IMG/VR virus record: IMGVR_UViG_3300021142_001794
Location: 3,958 to 67,957 of that record
Origin: a virus
Reading direction: 5' to 3' (one strand)
Length of the DNA: 64,000 bases
A program made the translations under genes and the position numbers. The first letter of the stretch is position 1; the number at the start of each line of letters is the position of its first letter. Shown here one piece after another: positions 27,780 through 37,163 of this stretch. The notes beneath the pieces were generated by a model. That model saw nothing but the letters and a program-made list of their open reading frames with translations. It was not told the origin of the DNA and made no database searches.

Positions 27780-28592
27780 TTAATCCTTATAGTTGCTGTA
27801 TTCTTCAAAATAGTTGTCTATATATTTGTTGCATTGCTCCCATCTTTCCGCATTTTCGTCTGTTTGGTTTCTTTGAAAAGTAATAGCCAACGCCCAAATA
27901 GCATCTATGTAAGGATAACCCATACTCAAATAAACATTCAAAGCGTTCAAGTCAGCCTCTAACTCGTTATCAACATCATTGTTTAAGTGGTAGTGGCTAT
28001 ATTCGTGCATCAGTAAAAAGAATATGATAGGAACGGTATAGTTCTTTATCATATTCTTAGATGCTTGTATCTTGCCGCCTTTAACAAAGTTGCCCCCTTC
28101 ATCAACACCATCTATCAGAATCCTAAAAGAAGTGGGTATTATTTGGTTTTTTTCATCAACAATATTATCCAATAATTCAATTGTAAATTTACCATCATCG
28201 CTTTTGTAAACACCAGTATTTGAAACACTAGCATTATAAGCGAATCTTTGAGCGAACCTAACAAAAGACCGTTCATCTATTGTCATATCCGAAAGTGTGA
28301 CAATATTACTTTCGAATGGTACTTTTTGTTGCTTGGTTATCTTGAAAGTATTATCAACGGTAACAACGCCAACGTTTTCATTATAAACAATTATTTGCGT
28401 TTTTGAGCCACATTGCGGCATCCTTACATAAAATGAATAGTCACCGTTTACATTCTTTTGCCTATCGGTAAATACAGTAGTCGTTTGCTTCGCATCGTAA
28501 GCAATTACCCTTATTGGTTGCATCGAGGTAGTTGTTACACTAACTTGATATATTAATGGGTCGTAATTTGTATTTAGTTCGATTAATGCCAT
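27780..28592 (-). CDS. Zincin metallopeptidase
   Basis: HEYSH..ELEAD. Confidence 0.75.
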   Translation of the reverse strand: MALIELNTNYDPLIYQVSVTTTSMQPIRVIAYDAKQTTTVFTDRQKNVNGDYSFYVRMPQCGSKTQIIVYNENVGVVTVDNTFKITKQQKVPFESNIVTLSDMTIDERSFVRFAQRFAYNASVSNTGVYKSDDGKFTIELLDNIVDEKNQIIPTSFRILIDGVDEGGNFVKGGKIQASKNMIKNYTVPIIFFLLMHEYSHYHLNNDVDNELEADLNALNVYLSMGYPYIDAIWALAITFQRNQTDENAERWEQCNKYIDNYFEEYSNYKD

Positions 28593-29011
28593 TATGCCCT
28601 TGTTGGTTGATTTCCTGTGATATTGTTTATAGCTTGTTGGTTCATTTGAGTTACTTCAATATCGTAATGCTGAATAACATCAATGCCTAATTGCTGTGGC
28701 AAATCGTTCCAAGTGTCTTCTTGCACGAATATGTCAATCTCTTGTGGTTCACCCGTACACATTGGGCAGTTACAATTTTCTTCGTGAGAATCGCTACTGT
28801 TAGCCGCTTGTGCAGTAGTGGCATCGGTTGTTGTAGTATTGGTACTATCTGTATTAGGTTGTTTCTTTTTGAACAATCCCTTTACTTTATTCTTTATGTT
28901 TTCAGCATTAGCCGTTATCTCATTAGGGTATGTTTGATAAATGACATACCCTAATCCTACTATTGCAGCACCTAAAAGTATATTCGTTATTTTGTTGTTA
29001 CCCTCTGCCAT
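28592..29011 (-). CDS. Single-TM protein
   Basis: N-terminal TM; HEENCNCPMC. Confidence 0.6.
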   Translation of the reverse strand: MAEGNNKITNILLGAAIVGLGYVIYQTYPNEITANAENIKNKVKGLFKKKQPNTDSTNTTTTDATTAQAANSSDSHEENCNCPMCTGEPQEIDIFVQEDTWNDLPQQLGIDVIQHYDIEVTQMNQQAINNITGNQPTRA

Positions 29012-29039
29012 TGTTTTGTTTTTTATTAGTTACTTAACT

Positions 29040-29219
29040 TTATTTTATTTGAGATAATGCTATTCCACCCAATATTAATAATGTTCCCCCAACAAATAAA
29101 GCGTTTCTTAATTTATTTTCTTTCGAAACAAAATAAGTTATAAATGGTATTGATGCAATTCCAATATAAAACCCGTAAAACTCAATACTGCTAATGTTTT
29201 CTTGTTGAATACTAGGCAT
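29040..29219 (-). CDS. Small two-TM protein (59 aa), not in ORF track
   Basis: Two hydrophobic segments; fills the operon gap. Confidence 0.55.
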   Translation of the reverse strand: MPSIQQENISSIEFYGFYIGIASIPFITYFVSKENKLRNALFVGGTLLILGGIALSQIK

Positions 29220-29224
29220 ATATC

Positions 29225-29602
29225 TTATTTTTTATTTTTTAAATAATAATTCAATGCTATTGCGCCAGCGATTACAACAACAGTTCCTATAATGACATAG
29301 TTATTTATTCCCAATGTCATATTGGAATCATCCACGCCTGTTGATGTGCCGCCCATATCATTTTTAAACTTACCTACTTTTTTCTTTTCCATTGGCTTAA
29401 CCTCTGGTATCTTTACTATTGGTGCTTGACCGAACATATCCATAGCATTTTCTCCAATAGCGTTTTTAAACATATCTTCCATTTCGCTGTTTCCAATAGC
29501 ATTTTTCTTTCTATTGTACTTATCAACGAACTCCTTGAAACTCATAGTGCCACCACTATTTTTATACTCCTTAAATTGCTTGTTTACGCTAACATTTTCC
29601 AT
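29225..29602 (-). CDS. C-terminal TM virion protein with NAIG motifs
   Basis: TM followed by KNKK. Confidence 0.65.
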   Translation of the reverse strand: MENVSVNKQFKEYKNSGGTMSFKEFVDKYNRKKNAIGNSEMEDMFKNAIGENAMDMFGQAPIVKIPEVKPMEKKKVGKFKNDMGGTSTGVDDSNMTLGINNYVIIGTVVVIAGAIALNYYLKNKK

Positions 29603-29603
29603 A

Positions 29604-29993
29604 TTAATCCTTTTTCTTTATAATTATGAATGCAATTATTGCTAATGCTATTCCACCGCCTATATAATACATCGTATAATCAGTAGTAGTTGGCACAGGT
29701 GTATTACTTGAGGGAGTAGTACTAACGGCTTGCGTAGTAGCAATGTTACTTGTAGAAGTAGTGCTTACAGGCGTATTAACAACAACAATTGGTTGTGTTG
29801 ACACTAATTTGTTAATATCAACCATGCCATTTGCAACACTCTGTACATTAACTGGGCTTTGTATTACAGAAGCAGGATTTTCTATAGTAGGAATAGTAGG
29901 AATAGTAGGAATAGTATTTATAATTTTCGGGAATATAGTTTCTATACCATTATTATAACCTATCTCATCATTATTTACCGCACGGTACTTCAT
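29604..29993 (-). CDS. T/P/V-rich C-terminal TM protein
   Basis: DYTMYYIGGG anchor shared with 31057-31752. Confidence 0.65.
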   Translation of the reverse strand: MKYRAVNNDEIGYNNGIETIFPKIINTIPTIPTIPTIENPASVIQSPVNVQSVANGMVDINKLVSTQPIVVVNTPVSTTSTSNIATTQAVSTTPSSNTPVPTTTDYTMYYIGGGIALAIIAFIIIKKKD

Positions 29994-29998
29994 GTCTT

Positions 29999-30178
29999 TT
30001 ATTTAATATTGAATAAATTATTTATAACTAAACCACCCAACCCAAATCCTGCACCATATAAAGCTGTCATTAATAATCCTTGCCTTCTCCAAACGCCAAA
30101 CATAACCCCCGCAAATACGCTAGTTGATAGTATTATACTTGCCTTATCCTTACTTTCTATGCCTTGTATGATATTCAT
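29999..30178 (-). CDS. Small two-TM protein (59 aa), not in ORF track
   Basis: Gly-rich TM pair. Confidence 0.55.
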   Translation of the reverse strand: MNIIQGIESKDKASIILSTSVFAGVMFGVWRRQGLLMTALYGAGFGLGGLVINNLFNIK

Positions 30179-30180
30179 AA

Positions 30181-30393
30181 CTAACTATTTGAAGTGTAAG
30201 AAATAGCTACCCTAGTAATGAAAGAACCGACTACAAAACCAGCCAATGTGGTAAACCATAAAGTACCACCGTATTTTCTGCCTAATACCAATCCTGTTAC
30301 AGCACCTATACCACCACCTATCAACGTACCCTCGTTTAAGGTAGAGTTCATATCAAATATTCCCGTAGATGTTGTAGCCGTTATTGTTGTCAT
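30181..30393 (-). CDS. Glycine-zipper two-TM protein
   Basis: GTLIGGGIGAVTGLVLG. Confidence 0.6.
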   Translation of the reverse strand: MTTITATTSTGIFDMNSTLNEGTLIGGGIGAVTGLVLGRKYGGTLWFTTLAGFVVGSFITRVAISYTSNS

Positions 30394-30395
30394 AA

Positions 30396-31055
30396 CTAAT
30401 CTTTTTTAAGTGTTTTTATTACAACAAGCACTACTATTACCAACGCAACCGCTCCCATAATACCATAAATTAAAGTATTATTAGAAGTCGATGCTGGTGT
30501 AGTATCTTGTATAACCATAGCAGCATTTTGTTGTGTACTTTTATTTGATAGGTTCTGTGTAAATTCGCTTGCTTGTTGACTTATAACAAGGTCGCAATTA
30601 TTAGTCGAATACCAACCATCGTAATATTGCTTGATAGTATTTACCGCTTGCGTATAAGCCCTATTATAATTATCATCAGTACCACCAATAGCCCTATTTT
30701 TATCTATACTTGTCAATTCTGCATCTAATGCTAAAGATGCGGTTTTAGCTTGCGTACAGTTAGTTGAATTTGTAGGCAATGGATATGTCTTTAGGTATTT
30801 AACCAATCCGTAAAAATTAAGCATCCCATTAGCCCAATCCCTACCCCCATTTGTACTGTAAGGAGGCAAGCCCATTATTGAAACGGCATCATCTATTGCT
30901 TGCTTAGAATTGGGCAAAGAAAACAATGCAAGTTGCATAGGTTGTTGACCCATCCCGCCAGCGTAAGATTGTACTATTGATATAATCTGTTGCTGATTGG
31001 TAGATTGGCTAGATGCAACGCCAATTAAATTATCTAGTTGGTTATTGGCACTCAT
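30396..31055 (-). CDS. C-terminal TM virion protein
   Basis: TM followed by KTLKKD. Confidence 0.65.
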   Translation of the reverse strand: MSANNQLDNLIGVASSQSTNQQQIISIVQSYAGGMGQQPMQLALFSLPNSKQAIDDAVSIMGLPPYSTNGGRDWANGMLNFYGLVKYLKTYPLPTNSTNCTQAKTASLALDAELTSIDKNRAIGGTDDNYNRAYTQAVNTIKQYYDGWYSTNNCDLVISQQASEFTQNLSNKSTQQNAAMVIQDTTPASTSNNTLIYGIMGAVALVIVVLVVIKTLKKD

Positions 31056-31056
31056 A

Positions 31057-31752
31057 CTAATTTTTTTTATGGGTTAAAAATAATGTTCCAATTACTATTA
31101 ACACTAATACTCCACCGCCTATATAATACATCGTATAATCTTTAGTAGTAGATGTAGTAGGAACATTTGGCGTAGTAGCACTTTGCGTTGGTGGCGTAAA
31201 TGTAAAACTGCCAAAAGGATTGCTGCTAGTACTCGATGCTGGTGTAGGGTTACTTGTAGCAGTATTTCCCGTGCTTGTATTAATAGGATTATTGACAACC
31301 GGTTGCGACTGTGTAGTAATAGGCGTAGTGCTAACAACTTGCTGTATAGTAGGATTATTGACAACAACGGGTTGTGTTTTTATAACACCCTCGCCTATCA
31401 ATATCTTATTTAAAGCATCCGTTACATTAGTATTTAACGAAGGAAATAAATATTGCTTAACGTTATTTAATGTAGCAAAATAACTACCAATATCGATAGT
31501 AAAATAATCCTTTGCTGGTATTACACCATTGCGTGTACTTTGTGCTGCCTTAGAAATAATACTTACATTGAAATATTTTTGAAGCATACTTTTAAGGTCA
31601 ATGCCTACTATATTAAATTTAGCCAATAATATTTTTTCATCCGTAGTCCACAATGTCGCAGTCATAGGGTCTTGCGACCATGTTATTTGTTCTCCATCGG
31701 GTTTAGAGTTATAGCTTCCGTATTGCAATATATTAAATAAACTAATATCCAT
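31057..31752 (-). CDS. C-terminal TM protein with T/S/P linker
   Basis: DYTMYYIGGG anchor. Confidence 0.65.
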   Translation of the reverse strand: MDISLFNILQYGSYNSKPDGEQITWSQDPMTATLWTTDEKILLAKFNIVGIDLKSMLQKYFNVSIISKAAQSTRNGVIPAKDYFTIDIGSYFATLNNVKQYLFPSLNTNVTDALNKILIGEGVIKTQPVVVNNPTIQQVVSTTPITTQSQPVVNNPINTSTGNTATSNPTPASSTSSNPFGSFTFTPPTQSATTPNVPTTSTTKDYTMYYIGGGVLVLIVIGTLFLTHKKN

Positions 31753-31753
31753 A

Positions 31754-32155
31754 CTAATCTTTTTGTTTTAATAAAAATACGACACCAATAATAGCAATTA
31801 TAGTAAAACCACCAATTATGAATAATGTAGTCTGTGAACCACTTTGCGCTTTCGCAGCCTCTATCGTTGCAATTGCATTTATAGAAGCCACTTGCGATGC
31901 CGAAATAGCATCCTCGATTAACTTTTCCCTATCAGCATCAGTTTGGGCTTGCGCCATTTGCTCGGCTAATTGTTGCTTTTGGTCGTTGCTTAATAAATCA
32001 AGCCTAGTATCCTGATTTATCTTGTCCTTTTGAGCATTGATTAGGTTCTTCTGTGCATTAGTGACACCAGACTGAAATAAACCGCTTATGGTTGTATCTA
32101 ATACACTAGCACCCGCCTGTATTCCCGAACTTACCGCCGTAGCTGTTACTGGCAT
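31754..32155 (-). CDS. A/Q-rich coiled-coil C-terminal TM protein
   Basis: Helical, TM followed by KQKD. Confidence 0.65.
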   Translation of the reverse strand: MPVTATAVSSGIQAGASVLDTTISGLFQSGVTNAQKNLINAQKDKINQDTRLDLLSNDQKQQLAEQMAQAQTDADREKLIEDAISASQVASINAIATIEAAKAQSGSQTTLFIIGGFTIIAIIGVVFLLKQKD

Positions 32156-32160
32156 AATCT

Positions 32161-32631
32161 TTAAATTAAAAATTTACTCTTATATCTTAATATCGTGTAT
32201 GGGTGTCCATCAAACTCAAAATTATCTTTTTCAATAACCATCCCACTTTTTACTAACCATTTAACCGCCCTTTGATTTACTTGGTGCAGCATACAAGAAA
32301 ACTCGCCACCTAACAACTTTCTTATATGGCTAAAGAAAGAATCCTTTGTTTTGCTATCCCTTACTCTTAGTCCAAAACTTACCAACAACTTTCTTTCTTC
32401 ATTGATAGCCACATAACCACAAAACTTATCATCCAATATAAAATCAAAATACTTTAATTTCATACTTGGTATTTTGTCATATCCTTGCAACTTTCGCACA
32501 ATATCAGCAGGAATTTCTTCCTTCTTTATATCTACTGCACTTGGGTCGTAAAAATTGACTATTTCGTTATCTAACTCAAAAGACCTAATAATACTTTCTT
32601 CAATCCGTTGCTGGGTAGTTTCTTTTAACAT
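32161..32631 (-). CDS. GNAT-like acetyltransferase
   Basis: CGYV..; NQRAVKWLVKSG motif B. Confidence 0.5.
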   Translation of the reverse strand: MLKETTQQRIEESIIRSFELDNEIVNFYDPSAVDIKKEEIPADIVRKLQGYDKIPSMKLKYFDFILDDKFCGYVAINEERKLLVSFGLRVRDSKTKDSFFSHIRKLLGGEFSCMLHQVNQRAVKWLVKSGMVIEKDNFEFDGHPYTILRYKSKFLI

Positions 32632-32652
32632 TATTTATTTTTTTTGATTCAC

Positions 32653-33348
32653 TTATTTATACCTTATGCCAATCGCAGAAGCGTAATCGCCCGAATTATC
32701 TATATTGCTATAATCGGTATTGTCAGAAGTTGCAGTTGTATCAACAGCATTCCCATTAACATCGTAAACCGTGCTATCTCCTACTTCTGTATAACTACCA
32801 TCTGAATTTAAGTTGATAGCCGTTCCATCCATAGTGTATGCTTGCCCAGTATTATCGGTATAGGTTCCGTTCGCATCGTTATAGTTGGTAACAGGGCTAC
32901 CATCTTGAGCCGCTATTACTACACCATTAGGACTAACAAACATACCATCATTGGGGTCAAGGTTTCCTATAACGTTACCATTGGCATCGTACAAAGTTGA
33001 AGGGTCGCTATTTTCTATATAACTACCATTCGAATCAACTGTTGTAATAGGCGTTCCATCAGGTTTTATTGCAGGTGCTGCTACTTTATTGGTAGTAATT
33101 AATGCGCTTACCAAAGACTTGCCTAAATCCAAGTATGCTTTTTGTGAAACTGCATCATTTGGGTTTTGCTGTGCCGCAATCTTAGCTTGTGCAACTTGTT
33201 TAGCCGTTGCCGCAACTTGTGTTTTATGTGGCGAATTTGCACTTGCAGATGTTCCGCCTTTCAATACCGTGTAAGCAATATAAGAAGCTACTATAATAGC
33301 TGCCAAAACGCCGACTGTAATAATTAATTGTTTATTCTTCATCTTCAT
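32653..33348 (-). CDS. Single-TM protein with DxNG repeats
   Basis: Paralog of 27270-27749. Confidence 0.7.
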   Translation of the reverse strand: MKMKNKQLIITVGVLAAIIVASYIAYTVLKGGTSASANSPHKTQVAATAKQVAQAKIAAQQNPNDAVSQKAYLDLGKSLVSALITTNKVAAPAIKPDGTPITTVDSNGSYIENSDPSTLYDANGNVIGNLDPNDGMFVSPNGVVIAAQDGSPVTNYNDANGTYTDNTGQAYTMDGTAINLNSDGSYTEVGDSTVYDVNGNAVDTTATSDNTDYSNIDNSGDYASAIGIRYK

Positions 33349-33368
33349 CTTTATTTATGTTTTAAATT

Positions 33369-33749
33369 TTAAGCATTTGGATTGTCATTCTCGCCAGAAT
33401 CATTTGGGTCGTAAACCGTTCCTTTCGGGTCAATGTAGTGCAATTTACCATCAATAGTTTGATAGTTCCTGCCATCTGTTTCTAACCTATTCCCGTTTGC
33501 ATCGGCGAAAAATATTCCATCTTTAGTAACAAACATATCTACTTTCTTTCCCGTAGAATCCAATCCTACACCATTTTTTAAAGTTGCAGTGGCAATACCA
33601 TTGATGCTATATAAAGTAGTTCCATTAATGCCTATCTTATAATCCTTTTGGGCATTCAAAGTATGCTTCATTTGATAAATAACATAGTAAGCAGCAACGC
33701 CACCAATAAGAACAACGCTACCAATAATAATCAAGTTTTTGTTTTTCAT
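33369..33749 (-). CDS. Single-TM protein
   Basis: Start MKNKN avoids overlap; N-terminal TM. Confidence 0.6.
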   Translation of the reverse strand: MKNKNLIIIGSVVLIGGVAAYYVIYQMKHTLNAQKDYKIGINGTTLYSINGIATATLKNGVGLDSTGKKVDMFVTKDGIFFADANGNRLETDGRNYQTIDGKLHYIDPKGTVYDPNDSGENDNPNA

Positions 33750-33750
33750 T

Positions 33751-34377
33751 TTATTTATGTTTTGATACGAAATAATGATATGCAACACCAGCAGCTATCA
33801 AACTACCTATAATAGTAACAGGCATTACCCAATTGTTAGCTATCGCCTTTTGATTGTTCGATTGCGTTATTTTAGCTTGTGTAGTAGTATTTGTTGATGT
33901 TGTTTGTTGGTTGATTAAGCTAGGTGCTATCTTTTCGGCAAAACCAAATATATTAGAAAGTACGCTACTTGAACTGCCACTAGCTAAAGTTCCATCGGCA
34001 TTAAAGTTTGTTCCAGAACCATCATCATAAGTATTATCCCCGTTTGAAGTGTAAACGTGACCACTTTTATCTTCATAAGCCCCTGTGCCGCTATCACCTC
34101 CCGTAGGATTCCATGCTATTGCACCTACGCCGCTTGCATTAGTCCATCCACTTGATTTTGTTGGCATAGAGCCGCTTGCATTAGTGAACTTTCCTTTTAC
34201 TGTTTTCTTGGTTTCACCACTAGCGTTTTTATTTACTCCGCCACCATGAGACCATCCACTTTTTTCTAATGTAGGTGCGGTTAGTGCAGTTCCCGTTGCA
34301 TTAAGATGAGAAGCCATTTTTCTTTGTATAGCAAGGCTTCCATTCACGTTGCCCGTTCTTTTGTGTGCTGTATCCAT
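33751..34377 (-). CDS. C-terminal TM virion protein with repeated NAxG motifs
   Basis: NATG once and NASG three times in the N-terminal half; TM followed by SKHK. Confidence 0.65.
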   Translation of the reverse strand: MDTAHKRTGNVNGSLAIQRKMASHLNATGTALTAPTLEKSGWSHGGGVNKNASGETKKTVKGKFTNASGSMPTKSSGWTNASGVGAIAWNPTGGDSGTGAYEDKSGHVYTSNGDNTYDDGSGTNFNADGTLASGSSSSVLSNIFGFAEKIAPSLINQQTTSTNTTTQAKITQSNNQKAIANNWVMPVTIIGSLIAAGVAYHYFVSKHK

Positions 34378-34388
34378 TTTTTTGGTTT

Positions 34389-34775
34389 TTATTTTTTACT
34401 TAATGATATGATTGCAAAGCCTATCAATACCGCTGATGCAAAGATAATTATATTTGTCTGCAATGCAACGTTTCCCCCCGTATTATCTTGGGTAGAAGTA
34501 GTTGTATCGCCATTAACACCTTTGTACACCAACATATTTGCAACCCTTTGGCTATCTTCACTTGGGGGAATCGAATAGTAATTTACCAATATATCCCTAT
34601 CAGGGTGTATCTTCATAACTTCCTTTAACCCATCTTCGCCGCAATTTTGAACTATACTTGAAAGCCCGTCTGCTAATTCACTTTCGTCTTGCGGTTCTAA
34701 ACCGTAATCTTGACAAAGATTTATAGCTTGTTGTTGGCTTTTTGGATGTTCGGCTACATATTGAAAAACGTCCAT
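34389..34775 (-). CDS. C-terminal TM protein
   Basis: IHPDRD helical domain, TM followed by SKK. Confidence 0.65.
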   Translation of the reverse strand: MDVFQYVAEHPKSQQQAINLCQDYGLEPQDESELADGLSSIVQNCGEDGLKEVMKIHPDRDILVNYYSIPPSEDSQRVANMLVYKGVNGDTTTSTQDNTGGNVALQTNIIIFASAVLIGFAIISLSKK

Positions 34776-34796
34776 TTTTTTTTGATTTTTATCCTT

Positions 34797-34838
34797 AAAA
34801 GAAAAGGGAGCAAGGTCATACTTGCCTTACTCCCTTTT
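34797..34838 (-). terminator. Intrinsic terminator after capsid candidate
   Basis: AAAAGGGAGTAAGG..CCTTGCTCCCTTTTCTTTT. Confidence 0.75.
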
Positions 34839-34862
34839 AGGTTTTTATAGAACAACTATTGC

Positions 34863-35609
34863 TTAGTGATAAGCAGGTGCGCTCTGATTTTGTACAACAG
34901 CACTACCGTTCAATGCGCCAGTAATACTCACTTGCGTCTTAGGGAACAAGTAGATGTTGGTTACAGCAGCAGTAGCTTGTGGGTTTGTTTGTTGTGTAAA
35001 TAATATACCACCGTTACCATCAATTGTGTACTCTAAAGTACTTGTGGTGATAGTAGTTTGGTATTGGTATTGGTCGTAGATGAATATCAACGGCTTTTGC
35101 GCTTGACTACCGTCAGCATAAAGTTCACTAAATGTCATTGGAGACGTTACTTGCAACGTGTTGTTTGCGCCAGATGGAGCAATCAATTGTGTACAACCAA
35201 TAGTGAAAGGTTTCAATTGTGATTGAATCAACAATTGTTGGTAAGTTACGTTACTTAAACCACTTGTTACAGTGATTGCACCAAGAGCAGTAGCAGCAGT
35301 AGCCAAAGGATACCATGCACCAGCAACGAACAAACCACTTGCACCGTTCAATACACCATTAGCGAAGAACAACTGAATAGTTGTAGCAGCAGCCAAAGAA
35401 GATGTAGCGGTTACTGTGATTATAAAAGGTGAACTTGTTGGAGCAGAGCCTACTTGTGCAGTACCGCCAGCATTTGACCAACCACTTCTTTGAACAGGCA
35501 AAGAAGCACCAGCAGCGTTTCTTCCCATAGAGTTCCTGTAATTTCCAGCAGAATTGCTGAAAGATTGCCCCCTGTTAGCGGCGGCTTGTAAATAATTAGA
35601 TGGTTTCAT
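34863..35609 (-). CDS. Putative major capsid protein (jelly-roll candidate) with NAxG-rich N-terminal extension
   Basis: Beta-rich, nearly devoid of acidic residues, own promoter and terminator, next to the packaging ATPase; paralog at 57694-58089. Confidence 0.55.
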   Translation of the reverse strand: MKPSNYLQAAANRGQSFSNSAGNYRNSMGRNAAGASLPVQRSGWSNAGGTAQVGSAPTSSPFIITVTATSSLAAATTIQLFFANGVLNGASGLFVAGAWYPLATAATALGAITVTSGLSNVTYQQLLIQSQLKPFTIGCTQLIAPSGANNTLQVTSPMTFSELYADGSQAQKPLIFIYDQYQYQTTITTSTLEYTIDGNGGILFTQQTNPQATAAVTNIYLFPKTQVSITGALNGSAVVQNQSAPAYH

Positions 35610-35665
35610 CTTGTTTTAGTTTTTTTGTTTTTAATTAATTGCGTTTGTTTTCGTTGCGGATTAGA

Positions 35666-35785
35666 TTAATAGCCACTGATGAATTTCTGCAAAATCATTG
35701 GCTTAACAACTTTGTCGTAAGCAATAGAAACTACTAATGCTACCAATGCGATTTTACCGATTTCCTTTAAATGTTCGTGTTTCAT
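35666..35785 (-). CDS. Small membrane protein (39 aa) co-transcribed with capsid candidate, not in ORF track
   Basis: MKHEHLKEIGKIALVALVVSIAYDKVVKP.. Confidence 0.6.
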   Translation of the reverse strand: MKHEHLKEIGKIALVALVVSIAYDKVVKPMILQKFISGY

Positions 35786-35890
35786 TTTAATTTTGTTTTT
35801 TTTTAGTTTTTAAAAAATTCACTCAACTACACAAGTACGTTAAGGCTTACCTTATTACCGCATCCAAACGCAAATAACATTTCAGCGATA

Positions 35891-35898
35891 CAAAGATA
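35891..35898 (-). promoter_or_regulatory. -7 promoter element for the capsid unit
   Basis: TATCTTTG. Confidence 0.6.
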
Positions 35899-36064
35899 AA
35901 TAGGGTTTATTTAACAAGTATTATTTGATTGGTTTACTTATATAGGCAATATTTTACTAATAAAAGTAAAATAAAAAACCCAACTAACATACAAATGCTA
36001 ATTGGGTAAAATGAAAAAATGAAAAAAATCTTTCCTACAACTTTCGATTGCAAATATAATGCAA

Positions 36065-36952
36065 TTATTCAAAATAGAAATAATCCTTTAAGAATTTTTT
36101 GTTAGCAGTTATATAGGCTTGTTCCATGGACATTGTTTTCTTGCCAGATAAGTCTCTTTTTTCGGCAAAATACCTTACAATAGGCTTTCCATCGTCAGAT
36201 GATAAATAGTCCATTACCGCCATTTCAGCCTCTTGCTTAGTGAAGTCGCCTGTAATCTTGCTATCATCGTTATTAACTATAAGGCTGAAATATCTATTGT
36301 CGTTATGATTCGTAACGCCGTCCTCGTATCTTGCATTTACTATTTTTTCAGCAATGCTTAATATATGTACCTTATCTTCCGCCCGTTCCTTATATCTTGA
36401 AACTTCGTCATTGGTTTTATGTAGCCTAATAAGATTAGTGTTTGACAATATCTTGGGCGTAAGAACCCTACCAACGCCTTGAAAGTGTAGTACAATATCC
36501 AAGCCAATGTGCCTATTAGATATGATACGACCTATCAAATCGGCTTTCATGTTTTCGGACGTGTATTTGTTTATATCTTCTAGTAGCAGTAATCCATTCC
36601 TGTAATAAGATAGTATCTTTTCTAGTGCAACTGAATATTCCGTATTAGTCATTGCAACGTTGTTATCCCAATACGGGGCAACACGCCTAACCTCACTAAT
36701 ATTGCTATTGCTGAATTTGGGAATATCCTTTATTGCGATGCGTTTGATAGAATGTGTTATCATTCCAGCTTTAGGGTCGGGAAACTTAAAACTACTAAAT
36801 TCATTGTTAACATCGAATATCAATGCTTTTCTAGGCTTCATTGTGCTAGTGCCTTGTATGTATTGATAGATGAATTTAATGGTCTCTATTGTCTTACCTA
36901 CGCCTTTCCTGCCCACTGCGGCAAGCATCATTGGTTGTCTGGTTTCTGCCAT
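36065..36952 (-). CDS. FtsK-HerA superfamily genome packaging ATPase (P9/A32-like)
   Basis: Walker A GRKGVGKT, Walker B LLLLED, SNRHIGLDIVLHFQ Arg-finger/Q motif. Confidence 0.75.
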   Translation of the reverse strand: MAETRQPMMLAAVGRKGVGKTIETIKFIYQYIQGTSTMKPRKALIFDVNNEFSSFKFPDPKAGMITHSIKRIAIKDIPKFSNSNISEVRRVAPYWDNNVAMTNTEYSVALEKILSYYRNGLLLLEDINKYTSENMKADLIGRIISNRHIGLDIVLHFQGVGRVLTPKILSNTNLIRLHKTNDEVSRYKERAEDKVHILSIAEKIVNARYEDGVTNHNDNRYFSLIVNNDDSKITGDFTKQEAEMAVMDYLSSDDGKPIVRYFAEKRDLSGKKTMSMEQAYITANKKFLKDYFYFE

Positions 36953-36953
36953 A

Positions 36954-37160
36954 TTATTCTACTTTTACTTTTCTACGCACAGAATATTGTGGAAATATCG
37001 CAAACCTTCTTGGTAATCCCTTAGATGTTGTATATTCATCGGATATTTTCTGTGCTTTTGCTATTGCTTCCTTCCAATTATCTTCATTGGTTTTAACGAC
37101 TATCTTTTTTCCTTCTAATATTTCAATATCCCATTCGTAAATATACTTTTCATCTACCAT
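36954..37160 (-). CDS. Hypothetical protein
   Basis: Coupled to the ATPase. Confidence 0.55.
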   Translation of the reverse strand: MVDEKYIYEWDIEILEGKKIVVKTNEDNWKEAIAKAQKISDEYTTSKGLPRRFAIFPQYSVRRKVKVE

Positions 37161-37163
37161 AAT

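Noticed and set aside
29886-29915. 9-bp tandem repeat (IPT units)
   Set aside because: Ordinary low-complexity linker.
36065-36952. Terminase large subunit
   Set aside because: Too short, no nuclease domain, and the RH..Q motif fits FtsK-HerA ATPases.
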